Source: Oscillospiraceae bacterium
GTDB lineage: Bacteria; Bacillota; Clostridia; Oscillospirales; Ruminococcaceae
Length of the DNA stretch: 64,000 nt
Assembly (NCBI GenBank): GCA_018110925.1
Contig: JAGAZJ010000027.1
Span: 37,426-101,425, forward strand
Direction: 5' to 3'
Shown here: positions 47,989-57,904 of the stretch, piece after piece
How the letters are laid out: each line of letters starts with the position of its first letter
Position numbering within the stretch: the first letter of the stretch is position 1
Position numbers and translations under genes: made by a program
The notes under the pieces: generated by a model
Databases searched by the model: none
What the model was told of the DNA's origin: nothing
The model's input: the letters and a program-made list of their open reading frames with translations, nothing else

Positions 47989-48562
47989 CCAATTCCGTTA
48001 TAATGTCCCGTATCTCGCCGGCGCCCTCGCCCGTCTGCGCGGAGAAGACGATGTGAGTTATCTCATCAAAATACGGTATCTCCTTTGCAAAGCCCGCCAT
48101 ACGCTCCTCACGCTCACGCTTTGAGAGCTTGTCTGCCTTGGTGAAGACTATGGCAAAGGGAATCTCGCTCTGTATCATGAAATCTATCATCTGCATATCG
48201 TCCGCAGTGGGAGCATGGCGCATATCTATGAGCTGGAATATGAGTGCCAGCTCTCTGCTGTCGTGCAGGTATCCCTCGATAAGACCCGACCAGCGCTGCT
48301 TGTCGGACTTTGCCACCTTTGCATATCCGTACCCCGGCAGATCCACAAGGTATATATTGTCGAGAGTATAGAAATTTATCGTGGCGGTCTTGCCGGGCAC
48401 CGAGGAGACCCTTGCAAGGCTCTTTCTGTTCATGATCTTGTTTATGAGCGAGGATTTTCCCACGTTGGAGCGCCCTGCAAAGGCTATCTCCGTCCTGTCG
48501 GAGGGAGGAAGCTGATGGTATTCACCGTAGCTTCTGTAAAAATCCACCTTGTTGAAATCCAT
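47981..48562 (-). CDS. engB: Ribosome biogenesis GTPase YihA/YsxC
   Basis: GRSNVGKSS, PGKT, DLPGYGYA, TKAD; immediately downstream of lon. Confidence 0.95.
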   Translation of the reverse strand: MDFNKVDFYRSYGEYHQLPPSDRTEIAFAGRSNVGKSSLINKIMNRKSLARVSSVPGKTATINFYTLDNIYLVDLPGYGYAKVAKSDKQRWSGLIEGYLHDSRELALIFQLIDMRHAPTADDMQMIDFMIQSEIPFAIVFTKADKLSKREREERMAGFAKEIPYFDEITHIVFSAQTGEGAGEIRDIITELGE

Positions 48563-50943
48563 CAGAAGCCCACCTTTACAGTGTCATGCTTCTGCTTTCT
48601 GGGGTCTGCGGTCAGAGCCGCATCGAGCACGTCAGTCATCTTTTCCGCAAATACAAAGTGCAGGCTCTCCTTTATCACATCATCGACCTCTTCCAGGTCG
48701 GGAGCGTTGCCCTTCGGGATTATGACGGTCTTCATGCCCTCTTTGTACGCCGCCATGGTCTTTTCCCTCAGACCGCCGATGGGCAGTACCCTGCCGTGCA
48801 GAGTTATCTCGCCCGTCATGGCAACATCGCTGTGTACAGGTATCCCCGTAAGTGCGGACACAAGGGCAGTGGTCATAGTCACACCTGCGGACGGGCCGTC
48901 CTTTGGAGTGGCGCCCTCTGGTGCGTGTATGTGTATATCCTTGTCAAGATAGAAGCTCTTGTCTATGCCGTAACTGTCCGCTATGGAGCGCACGAAGCTC
49001 ACTGCCAGCTTTGATGATTCCTGCATCACGTCGCCGAGAGAGCCTGTCGCCTGAACGCCGCCCCTGCCGTCATTTATAAGGACTTCCAGAGGCATAATGA
49101 CACCTCCCGCAGATGTCCACGCCAGCCCGTTGACTATGCCCACGCTGTCTGTGCGGGACACCACATCTTCAGCGTATTTTTTCACGCCGAGATACTCATA
49201 CAGCTTCTTTGCGTCCACCTTTACCTTGTCGGCGGACTTTTCTATCATTTCCTTGGCGGCCTTTCTGCACAGGGAAGCTATCACTCTTTCAAGCTCCCTG
49301 ACGCCTGCCTCCTTGGTATAGTAGTCTATTATCTGATATACGGCATCCTTTGTGATCCTCAGCATGGACGCTTTCAGCCCGTGCTTTTCAAGCTGCTTGG
49401 GGATAAGATGTTCCTTGGCGATGTGGTACTTTTCCTCCCTTGTGTAGCTTGACAGCTCAATTATCTCCATTCTGTCACGGAGAGGAGGATCTATCGTGGA
49501 TATATCGTTTGCCGTGGTTATGAAAAGCACATTGCTCAGATCAAAGGGCACCTCTATGTAGTGATCCCTGAACGCAACGTTCTGCTCGCTGTCAAGGGCT
49601 TCAAGCAGAGCCGATGACGGGTCGCCCCTGAAATCATGCGACAGCTTGTCTATCTCATCGAGAAGTATCAGCGGATTATTAGACTGCGCCTCTGTGAGAG
49701 CGTTTATTATACGACCCGGCATAGAGCCGATATATGTCTTTCTGTGTCCTCTTATGTCGGACTCATCCCTGACGCCGCCGAGAGCGATACGTGCAAACTT
49801 CCTGTCCATCGACCGTGCTATGGACTTTGCAACGGATGTCTTGCCCACACCCGGAGGGCCGTACAGGCATATTATCTGTCCCTTTGTCTCGGGGGACATC
49901 TGCTTTACGGCTATCATTTCAAGGATGCGCTCCTTGACACGCTTCATCCCGTAATGATCCTTGTCGAGTATCTTTCTGGTGCGCTCAATGTCTGTCCTGT
50001 CCTTTGTGGATGTGTTCCACGGCAGGTCGAGCACCGTATCGAGATATGTCTTTATAACAGCGGTCTCGGGGGTAGAGGGCGGCATGGACGAGAGCCTGTC
50101 CGCTTCTTTTAAGAGCTTTCTCTCGCTCTCCTCGGCAAGATGCAGGGCCTTTATCTTGTCCGCATACTCAAACGCCTCATATTCTGCGGTGTCTTCCTCG
50201 CCGAGCTCCCTCGATATGGCTCTCATCTGCTCACGCAGATAGTACTCACGCTGATTGCCCGCTATCTGCTCACGCACCTTGTCCCTTATATCGTTCTCAA
50301 CGCCCAGCACCTGTATCTCTTCATTGAGAAGGGTCATCAGAAGCAGCATCTTCTGCTCTATGCCGTTGGCTTCAAGCAGTCCCTGCTTCTTGTCGGGGTC
50401 AACGGGCAGGCTGACGGCGATATTGTCAAATACCGACTCCAGCGAACTGCTGTTCATTATCGACTTGACATACTCACGGGGCATATGGGATATCTTGGAG
50501 GCATACTCTGCAAAAAGCTCCTTTACCGCACGCAGAAGGCCTTCCTTCTCAAAGTCATCGAGCTGTATCTTCTTCTCAGGATACTTCCTTGCGAGCACCG
50601 CAGGATATTCCTTGTCATCGAGGACCTTGAGCACCCTCGCCCTGTATTCGCCCTCCGCCATGACTCTCGTTACGCCCTCGGATGTGCGCAGAAGCTGTTT
50701 TATCCTTGCCACCACGCCCACCTTGTATATATTCGTATGGGTCTGCTCGCCGTCCTCATTGCGGTCATCCTCATATCCTTCGGTAACGAGGAAAACCAGC
50801 TTGTCGCTCTCTGCGGCGGCGTTAAGAGCCTTGACAGACTCTTCCCTTGATACTTCAAAGTGCATTATCACACGGGGAAACACAACAAGCCCTGTCAGTG
50901 CGAGCATAGGGTATTCCCGTGCGCCCGGTGTTCTCTTTTCCAT
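48562..50943 (-). CDS. lon: ATP-dependent Lon protease
   Basis: Lon N-domain, GPPGVGKT, LLDEIDK, PKDGPSAG (catalytic Ser), AMTGEITL, IGGLREK. Confidence 0.97.
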   Translation of the reverse strand: MEKRTPGAREYPMLALTGLVVFPRVIMHFEVSREESVKALNAAAESDKLVFLVTEGYEDDRNEDGEQTHTNIYKVGVVARIKQLLRTSEGVTRVMAEGEYRARVLKVLDDKEYPAVLARKYPEKKIQLDDFEKEGLLRAVKELFAEYASKISHMPREYVKSIMNSSSLESVFDNIAVSLPVDPDKKQGLLEANGIEQKMLLLMTLLNEEIQVLGVENDIRDKVREQIAGNQREYYLREQMRAISRELGEEDTAEYEAFEYADKIKALHLAEESERKLLKEADRLSSMPPSTPETAVIKTYLDTVLDLPWNTSTKDRTDIERTRKILDKDHYGMKRVKERILEMIAVKQMSPETKGQIICLYGPPGVGKTSVAKSIARSMDRKFARIALGGVRDESDIRGHRKTYIGSMPGRIINALTEAQSNNPLILLDEIDKLSHDFRGDPSSALLEALDSEQNVAFRDHYIEVPFDLSNVLFITTANDISTIDPPLRDRMEIIELSSYTREEKYHIAKEHLIPKQLEKHGLKASMLRITKDAVYQIIDYYTKEAGVRELERVIASLCRKAAKEMIEKSADKVKVDAKKLYEYLGVKKYAEDVVSRTDSVGIVNGLAWTSAGGVIMPLEVLINDGRGGVQATGSLGDVMQESSKLAVSFVRSIADSYGIDKSFYLDKDIHIHAPEGATPKDGPSAGVTMTTALVSALTGIPVHSDVAMTGEITLHGRVLPIGGLREKTMAAYKEGMKTVIIPKGNAPDLEEVDDVIKESLHFVFAEKMTDVLDAALTADPRKQKHDTVKVGF

Positions 50944-50957
50944 ACATTCTCCTTATA

Positions 50958-52040
50958 TCAGCAAAGTACCCTGTCGTCGCAGTATTCACATTCGAGCAGG
51001 TCTGCCGTGCCCCTGAAATAACGGGGCAGATAGTGTTCTTTTCTTGTGATGCAGTTGGGATTGCGGCACTCCACGCCGTTGTAGGTCTTGCCCGTAAACA
51101 GCGGCACCGAATGTTCCCTGTCGTTCATTACGGTGAGTATCAGAGCCATTCTGACAAACACGCCGTACTTTGCCTGCTTGAAATACATCGCTCTCGGGTC
51201 GTCGTCAACGTCCATGGGTATCTCGTCAACTCTCGGCAGGGGGTGAAGCACTATCAGATCCTGTCTGCCCTTGTTGAGCTTTGCCCTGTCAAGGCAGTAT
51301 GCATCCTTCAGGCTGTTGTATTCCTCCTCGCTGGCAAAGCGCTCTTTCTGCACTCTTGTCATGTAGAGCATATCAAGATCCTTGATAGCATCTTCCAGAG
51401 AGGGGTTTTCGGTGAACTCGCAGGATGACGCCATGAGTATGTCCTTGATATATTTCGGCATACCCAGCTCCGGAGTGGATATAAAGACGAACTTTATCCC
51501 CTTGAAGCCGCACAGCGCCTTGCACATGGAGTGTACTGTCCTGCCGTTTTTCAGGTCTCCGCAAAGGCCTATCGTAAGGTCTGTGAGCCTGCCCTTTTCC
51601 CTGTAAAGGGTGAGCATATCGGTCAGGGTCTGCGAGGGGTGCAGATGTCCGCCGTCACCTGCGTTTATTATGGGGCAGTCAGCCGTTATCGCCGCCGCCT
51701 TTGCCGCACCGTCATTGGGGTGGCGCATCACCATTATGTCTGCATATGATGAAACGATCTTGGTCGTATCCTTCAGGTTCTCGCCCTTTGCCACAGAGGA
51801 TGTGGCAGGATTGTCAAAGCCTATTATAGTGCCGCCCAGACGGAGCATCGCAGTCTGAAAGGACATCTGTGTCCTCGTTGACGGCTCATAGAACAGTGTA
51901 GCCATAATCTTGCCGTCACACGCCTTGGAATACTTCTGCGGATCATCGTATATATCAGAAGCGAGCTTTACGACCTTGAGCCACCAGTCAGAGCCCATAT
52001 CCGCAAGATCTATAATATCCGTATACTTTGACATTACCAT
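50958..52040 (-). CDS. pyrB: Aspartate carbamoyltransferase catalytic chain fused to a PyrI-like zinc-binding domain
   Basis: FYEPSTRT, HPSQTL, TRVQKER, HPLP; C-terminal CRNPNCIT...CEYC. Confidence 0.93.
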   Translation of the reverse strand: MVMSKYTDIIDLADMGSDWWLKVVKLASDIYDDPQKYSKACDGKIMATLFYEPSTRTQMSFQTAMLRLGGTIIGFDNPATSSVAKGENLKDTTKIVSSYADIMVMRHPNDGAAKAAAITADCPIINAGDGGHLHPSQTLTDMLTLYREKGRLTDLTIGLCGDLKNGRTVHSMCKALCGFKGIKFVFISTPELGMPKYIKDILMASSCEFTENPSLEDAIKDLDMLYMTRVQKERFASEEEYNSLKDAYCLDRAKLNKGRQDLIVLHPLPRVDEIPMDVDDDPRAMYFKQAKYGVFVRMALILTVMNDREHSVPLFTGKTYNGVECRNPNCITRKEHYLPRYFRGTADLLECEYCDDRVLC

Positions 52041-52266
52041 TTCAAGATCATCCTTTCATAAGGTGAAATCACACACCTCGTTATATGATACCACACTTTG
52101 AACGAATATGCAATAGATTTTATGTGAAAATCGTCGGAAATTCCCGGTGCTCATTTCGGCATATTCACTGCCTTGTCGCATGACGGCAAAAAAATATCCG
52201 TGACCTGTTGCAGAGAGCTGTTTTTTGGTGTATACTGTACACAAGATCTTAACAGAGGTGACGGAT

Positions 52267-53118
52267 ATGAAAACATACAGCGCAGTACCCATTTCTCAGA
52301 CAAGATACTCCCTCGGTGAATCCCCGTTCTATGACCCGCGCTATAAAAGGCTGTCCTGGGTCGATATAACTGCCGGCAGGGTCTATTCCCTCTATGACGA
52401 CGGAAGAACAGAGGTATTCGATGCAGGTCAGCACATAGGCGCAGCTGTGCCTCTTGAACGCTCCGACGGTTTTCTTATCGCAGGCACGGACGGATTGTAT
52501 GTGAAAGAGGGCGGCGGTATGGCTCTCCTGTATGACCTGTCGGACGTCTTTGAGCCGTTCCTGCGGTCAAACGACGCCAAGGCTGACCCCTCGGGCAGGC
52601 TGTGGTTCGGTTCATCCTGTGATGATGACGGGCATGGACCTCAGGGGGATCTGTACCGTTTTGACGGCAGACCCGTCGTGATGCAGAGCCGTACAAGCAT
52701 ATCAAACGGCATGGCATGGAATGCCGCGCAGGACAGGTTCTTCTTCTCAGACTCGCTGTACTACGCCGTCTTTGCCTATGACTACGATCGCATGAGCGGC
52801 AGTATATCGGGCAGACGCACACTTTTTGAGGTCAAGGACGGATGCCCCGACGGTATGTGCATAGACAAAGACGACCGCCTCTGGACAGCAGTATGGGGCG
52901 GCAGCAGGGTGGAGTGCCACAGCTCCGTCACAGGAGAAAAGCTCGCAGAGATAGCCGTGTCTGCCAAAAACGTCACCTCCTGCGCCTTCGGCGGAAATGA
53001 TATGAGAACGCTCTTCATCACATCTTCGGGGGAGGGTCTTAACGGCAGATACGACGGATGTGTGTTCTCCTGCCGTGTGGATGCCGAGGGTCTGCCGCCC
53101 GATACGGTCATAATATAA
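52267..53118 (+). CDS. SMP-30/gluconolactonase/LRE family protein
   Basis: LGESP, WVDI, RSNDAKADPSGRLW, SNGMAW, PDGMCID, TSCAFGG; TTGCAG-N17-TATACT promoter upstream. Confidence 0.92.
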   Translation: MKTYSAVPISQTRYSLGESPFYDPRYKRLSWVDITAGRVYSLYDDGRTEVFDAGQHIGAAVPLERSDGFLIAGTDGLYVKEGGGMALLYDLSDVFEPFLRSNDAKADPSGRLWFGSSCDDDGHGPQGDLYRFDGRPVVMQSRTSISNGMAWNAAQDRFFFSDSLYYAVFAYDYDRMSGSISGRRTLFEVKDGCPDGMCIDKDDRLWTAVWGGSRVECHSSVTGEKLAEIAVSAKNVTSCAFGGNDMRTLFITSSGEGLNGRYDGCVFSCRVDAEGLPPDTVII

Positions 53119-53121
53119 CGC

Positions 53122-53160
53122 AAAGATCGCCGCCCTTAACGGACGGCGATCTGTTTTTAT
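53122..53160. terminator. Bidirectional terminator
   Basis: AAAGATCGCCG...CGGCGATCTGTTTTT between convergent genes. Confidence 0.8.
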
Positions 53161-53166
53161 CAGTTA

Positions 53167-55242
53167 TCAGTCATTGCTCAGCGATAAGATAACATCGCTC
53201 ACAAGGTTTGCGGGGAGCTGTTCGTAGCGGACAAATTCATATCCGAAGCTGCCCATGCCCTTGGTTATCTGCCTGAGCTGTGTGGTGAATGTCTGCATCT
53301 CTCTCTCGGGCACTTCTGCCGTGATGACGGTCATGCCCTTTTCGTCGGCGGGATCCATGCCGAGAACTCTGCCTCTGCGCTTGTTGAGGTCGCCCATAAC
53401 GTCACCCGTGTTGTCGTTGGGCACGGTGACGGTGAGAGTGCCGATAGGCTCGAGGATAGTGGGGTCAGCCTGCTTCATGCCCTCCTTGAAGGCAATGCCT
53501 GCGGCGGTCTTGAACGCCATTTCGGAGGAATCGACAGGGTGATACGAACCGTCAACGAGTATCGCCTTGACACCTGTAACGGGGCAGCCTGCAAGTACGC
53601 CCTTCTGCATACAATCCTGAAGGCCCTTTTCAACAGCAGGGAAGAAGTTCTTGGGTACAGCGCCGCCGAACACCTTTTCCTCAAATACAAGAGAGTCGGA
53701 TACACAGGGCTCAAACTCTATCCATACATGACCGTACTGACCATGTCCGCCGGACTGCTTCTTGTGCTTACCCTCGACCTTGACCTTCTTTCTGATAGTC
53801 TCCCTGTAAGCTATGCGCCTCGGTGCGAGAGTGATATCGGATCCGAATTTGCTCTTGAGCTTGGCGGCAGCGACTTCAAGATGCTGTTCGCCCAGACCTG
53901 CAAGTATGAACTCGCCTGTCTCTGCGTTCTGCGAGAATTCGATGGAGGGATCCTCCTCCATGATCCTTGCAAAGCCTGTGCTGATCTTGCTTTCATCGCC
54001 CTGTGCCTTTGCTTTTACGGCCATCTTGTAGCAGGGCTTGGGAAAGTCAATCTTCTCAAACGAATATACATCGCCGCCGCAGAGCGTATCGTTGGTAGCG
54101 GCATTTATCTTGACTGCCACGCAGATATCGCCTGCGTGAGCCTCGGTGACCTCGACCTGCTTCTTGCCCACGAGGGTGCAGAGCTTGCCTATCTTCTCGG
54201 CTTCGCCCGTGCGGGAATTGATATATTCGGAGTTCGGCTTCATCGTGCCCGAAAGCACCTTGATAAAGCTCATCTTGCCAACAAACGGGTCTGCTACCGT
54301 CTTGAACACGAACGCACCGACAGGCTTGCTGTCATCGCAGGGGACTTCGATTATATCATCATCCTTGTATGCCGTAGCAGGCTTGGTGTCCGCAGGGGAC
54401 GGGAGCAGGAGGGTGATCTCCTTCAGAAGCATATCTATGCCGCCCATGGTGATATCGGAACAGCAGATAACAGGGGTGATGATACCGCTGTTCATGCCGT
54501 CGTGGAGTCCCTTTACAAGCTCCTTCTGAGTGAATGCCTCACCCTCAAAGAACTTCTCCATGAGAGCCTCATCGGTCTCTGCAACAGCCTCGGAGAATGC
54601 GGCAACAAGGCCGTCGATACGGTATTCGAGCTTGTCGGATATCTCAGCCGTGGGCATATCGGTCTCTGTCACATTGCCCTTTTCATCGTACTTATAGCAC
54701 TTCATCTCTATAAGATTGAGATAGGATACTACCTTCCTGTCCTGTATAACGGGCACGATAACGGGGCACACGGTAGGACCGAACTCCGTTTTCAGCTCTG
54801 TGAGCACGTTGTAGAAGTTGGCATCGGGATCGTCAGCCTTTGTCACTACAAAGAGCCTTGCCTTGCCCAGCTCCTCAGCCGCCTTGTAAGCCTTCTTGGT
54901 GCCGACCTTTACGCCGGACTTGCCCGATACCGTGATGAGCACCGTATCAGAGGCATATACAGCCTCTTTCATATCTGCGGCGAAGTCGAAAAGTCCCGGA
55001 GCATCAAGAAGATTGATCTTGAGACCGTTATATTCCACCGAAGCAAGTGCAGTGCTGAGAGAAGCCTTGCGCTTGATCTCCTCGGGATCATAGTCACATA
55101 CTGTATTGCCGTCAGCGGTCTTTCCGAGCCTGTCGGAAGCTCCTGCCTTGTATATGAGAGCCTCGGCAAGAGTGGTCTTGCCCGAGCCGCTGTGGCCTGC
55201 AATGGCGATATTTCTTATGTCCGCCGCCTTATAATCTTTCAT
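53167..55242 (-). CDS. Elongation factor G paralog (EF-G2-like)
   Basis: GHSGSGKTT, DAPG, TKAD, GEQHLE, KKQSGGHGQYG, DGSYHPVDSSEMAF; stand-alone, outside the str operon. Confidence 0.9.
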   Translation of the reverse strand: MKDYKAADIRNIAIAGHSGSGKTTLAEALIYKAGASDRLGKTADGNTVCDYDPEEIKRKASLSTALASVEYNGLKINLLDAPGLFDFAADMKEAVYASDTVLITVSGKSGVKVGTKKAYKAAEELGKARLFVVTKADDPDANFYNVLTELKTEFGPTVCPVIVPVIQDRKVVSYLNLIEMKCYKYDEKGNVTETDMPTAEISDKLEYRIDGLVAAFSEAVAETDEALMEKFFEGEAFTQKELVKGLHDGMNSGIITPVICCSDITMGGIDMLLKEITLLLPSPADTKPATAYKDDDIIEVPCDDSKPVGAFVFKTVADPFVGKMSFIKVLSGTMKPNSEYINSRTGEAEKIGKLCTLVGKKQVEVTEAHAGDICVAVKINAATNDTLCGGDVYSFEKIDFPKPCYKMAVKAKAQGDESKISTGFARIMEEDPSIEFSQNAETGEFILAGLGEQHLEVAAAKLKSKFGSDITLAPRRIAYRETIRKKVKVEGKHKKQSGGHGQYGHVWIEFEPCVSDSLVFEEKVFGGAVPKNFFPAVEKGLQDCMQKGVLAGCPVTGVKAILVDGSYHPVDSSEMAFKTAAGIAFKEGMKQADPTILEPIGTLTVTVPNDNTGDVMGDLNKRRGRVLGMDPADEKGMTVITAEVPEREMQTFTTQLRQITKGMGSFGYEFVRYEQLPANLVSDVILSLSND

Positions 55243-55508
55243 TTTCTTTCGCTCCTTTGATATATTATGCGTAAAAAAGGATCAGACCCCTTTTCGATGA
55301 TCCCTGTCCGCTGTGTCTGTTCTTCACAAAAGTGACTGAAATCAACAAATCTATTATATATTATTTGCTTAAAATTTGCAATAGTTTGACGCCGAAATGT
55401 ACATATGAGATTAAAAAAGCTGTGCTTTATTGGTGGAATTGAACAATAACAATTTCTGAACATCCCATCTTTTGTTTTGAAATATTCGCAATTCTCTCAT
55501 AAAAAATA

Positions 55509-55537
55509 TTGACAATCATTCTGTAAACAAGTATAAT
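55509..55537 (+). promoter_or_regulatory. Consensus SigA promoter of the MTase-nuclease operon
   Basis: TTGACA-N17-TATAAT. Confidence 0.8.
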
Positions 55538-55629
55538 GGATTAGTACAACATCGCTGAGTGTCGTATAATGGCTGTGACATTTAAAATCACTGAGAACGT
55601 TGGGAACACGTAAAGCCAGAGGTAATATC

Positions 55630-56700
55630 ATGAAAAAAAGAACATTTAAACTCGGGGAACTGTTTTGCGGTCCGGGAGGAATTGCTTACGGAGCACACAT
55701 AGCAAGCAGTAAAGACGGTTCTATGAACATAGAACACTGTTGGGCTTCCGATTACGACCCGGATACTTGCCAGACTTACACACATAATATCTGCCATGAT
55801 GACGGTCGTTCCGTATACTGCAAAGATGTGCGTGATCTTGATATAGATTCACTTGGCAAAATTGATGCCTTTGCATATGGTTTTCCGTGCAACAGCTTTT
55901 CAAATGTAGGTGAACATCAAGGTCTTGATAATGAGAAATATGGACAGCTTTACACTTATGGCATTAAAGTATTAGAAAAATTTCAGCCCGATTGGTTTTT
56001 GGCTGAAAACGTAAGTGGTCTTAAATCATCAGGTTCAGGAGAGCACTTCAAACAGATCCTGACAGATATGGAAAATGCCGGATATGTCCTTGTTCCTCAT
56101 ATGTATAAATTTGAAAAGTATGGTGTGCCGCAAACAAGGCACAGAATAATCATAGTTGGTATCAGAAAGGACATCAGCGACAGTGGGATAGTGTTCAGAG
56201 TCCCATCGCCTGCGCCTTACACATCATGTGATATTAGTGCATCTACTGCATTAGCAGGTATCCCGTCTGATTCTCCGAATAACGAAATAAGACAATTGCA
56301 GGATAAGGTGCGAAAAAGGCTGTCATATATAAAGCCCGGAGAAAATGTGTGGCAAGCAACAGATATGCCGGAAGAATTACAGATCAAGACAAGAACAAAA
56401 ATAAGTCAGATCTACCGGAAACTGGCTCCCGACAAGCCGTCATACACCGTCACCGCAGCGGGTGGGGGCGGCACATTCATGTATCACTGGTCTGATGAAC
56501 AGCGTGAATTGACGAACAGAGAACGTGCAAGGATTCAGACTTTCCCCGATAATTACGAATTTTTCGGGAAATACTCGTCAGTTCGCAAACAGATCGGTAT
56601 GGCTGTTCCACCGGAAGGTGTAAAAGTCATATTCAATGCGATCCTTGATACTTTTGCCGGTATCGAATACCCATTTACAGAAGCTTCTCTGAGCGAATAA
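55630..56700 (+). CDS. DNA (cytosine-5)-methyltransferase
   Basis: Motif I LFCGPGG, IV GFPCNSFS, VI ENV, VIII QTRHR, IX RERARIQTFP, X QIGMAVP; GGGGTFMYHW as recalled from M.CglI/M.NgoFVII-type enzymes. Confidence 0.95.
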   Translation: MKKRTFKLGELFCGPGGIAYGAHIASSKDGSMNIEHCWASDYDPDTCQTYTHNICHDDGRSVYCKDVRDLDIDSLGKIDAFAYGFPCNSFSNVGEHQGLDNEKYGQLYTYGIKVLEKFQPDWFLAENVSGLKSSGSGEHFKQILTDMENAGYVLVPHMYKFEKYGVPQTRHRIIIVGIRKDISDSGIVFRVPSPAPYTSCDISASTALAGIPSDSPNNEIRQLQDKVRKRLSYIKPGENVWQATDMPEELQIKTRTKISQIYRKLAPDKPSYTVTAAGGGGTFMYHWSDEQRELTNRERARIQTFPDNYEFFGKYSSVRKQIGMAVPPEGVKVIFNAILDTFAGIEYPFTEASLSE

Positions 56701-56723
56701 AACATTGAAAGATGTGATACACG

Positions 56724-57794
56724 ATGAATAACGGAGATTATTATTTTCCTGATAAGTTTATAACAGATAACTTTGACGAACCTGTTCTGTATGCTCCTGC
56801 CAGAACTGATCAATCATCACCATGTACATCTATGAAGATAATCACTGCTTTTACTGACTGTGACAGGATCTCTACCCACATGATAAATCTGTCTGACGGC
56901 ATGAAAAGAAATGATTTCACAAAAAACATATCCGTAGAAATAATCCTGGGTATGACCAAAACAAGCCTGAATGCCAAGAAACATACAGATATATGCAGAT
57001 TGATAAGATACATCAATTCTTCATCGAATATGCCAAGACTTTCATGCAGATATATTTGCAACGGCGCAGAGGTACACTCTAAAGTATACATTTGGGGATT
57101 CACCCAAAACAATTTGTATCTTCCTACAAAAGCATACTGCGGTTCCTTGAATTATACGATGAACGCCTTCTATAAACGCAGAGAGAGCATCTGTGAATGT
57201 TATGGGTTAGATGCGTTAAAATACTATGATAGTCTGATTCCCGACACAATTGATTGTCTTGACCCCGAAGCAAATGAAAGGCTCAAGAATGTTGTAAACA
57301 ATCCATCTACCGCATTAGACGATCTTGAAGCACCTGAAAAAGGTTACGATTATTACAACAAGACAAAACCAATTGACTATCTGAACATTTCCCTGCTACG
57401 CTCAGACGGTTCTGACACCGGATATGGTTCAGGTGTAAACTGGGGAATCCGTAAGAACGGAACAAAACGAGACGCAAACCAAGCATATATCCCCTACAAC
57501 AAAGCAGACCGAAAAGAGGGATTCTTCCCCGACAGGCTTTCCCCTGCGGATGAGAGCTGTCCGATATTTAAGGTCATAACCAAAAACTTCGGTTCTTTTT
57601 ATATGAGAATGGCTCAGCAAGGCAATAAAGCTCTGCACAGTGCTGAAAGCAACGCAATAATCGGAGAATGGTTGCGAGCTACTATGGGCGTGCCTATGGG
57701 GAGTTATATCACAAAGCAGATGCTTGAAACATACGGTAAAACATATGTAACATTCAGAAAGTATGAAGACGGAACATATCTATTGGATTTCTGA
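56724..57794 (+). CDS. PLD-superfamily restriction endonuclease (NgoFVII/NgoAVII/CglI-like; PLD plus B3-like domain)
   Basis: EVHSKVYIW...GSLNYT PLD motif; C-terminal SGVNWG...RDANQAYIP...GFFP...KALHS...IIGEWLR...LETYG; directly after the MTase. Confidence 0.85.
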   Translation: MNNGDYYFPDKFITDNFDEPVLYAPARTDQSSPCTSMKIITAFTDCDRISTHMINLSDGMKRNDFTKNISVEIILGMTKTSLNAKKHTDICRLIRYINSSSNMPRLSCRYICNGAEVHSKVYIWGFTQNNLYLPTKAYCGSLNYTMNAFYKRRESICECYGLDALKYYDSLIPDTIDCLDPEANERLKNVVNNPSTALDDLEAPEKGYDYYNKTKPIDYLNISLLRSDGSDTGYGSGVNWGIRKNGTKRDANQAYIPYNKADRKEGFFPDRLSPADESCPIFKVITKNFGSFYMRMAQQGNKALHSAESNAIIGEWLRATMGVPMGSYITKQMLETYGKTYVTFRKYEDGTYLLDF

Positions 57795-57852
57795 CAATTA
57801 ATCCCAAGTAATCACAGATGGAAAAACATATCCATAAAGCCCTTTTAAACAC

Positions 57853-57900
57853 AATATCTCCCTCCGTGCGCAGATCATACGCACGAAGGGAGATATTTCT
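57853..57900. terminator. Terminator between the RM island and plsC
   Basis: AATATCTCCCT.CGTGCG...CGCACG.AGGGAGATATT long hairpin. Confidence 0.75.
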
Positions 57901-57904
57901 CACA

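Noticed and set aside
52241-52253. ACAAGATCTTAAC identical to 19928-19940
   Set aside because: A single 13-bp match in a different position relative to the promoter and without 11-bp phased partners; may be chance.
53539-55260. 573-aa plus-strand ORF
   Set aside because: Antisense to the EF-G paralog; long shadow ORFs arise from biased codon usage, as also seen opposite argG, ilvE, capD and lon.
55330-57850. Prophage, ICE or att-bounded element around the RM genes
   Set aside because: No integrase or transposase, and no convincing flanking direct repeats found by eye.
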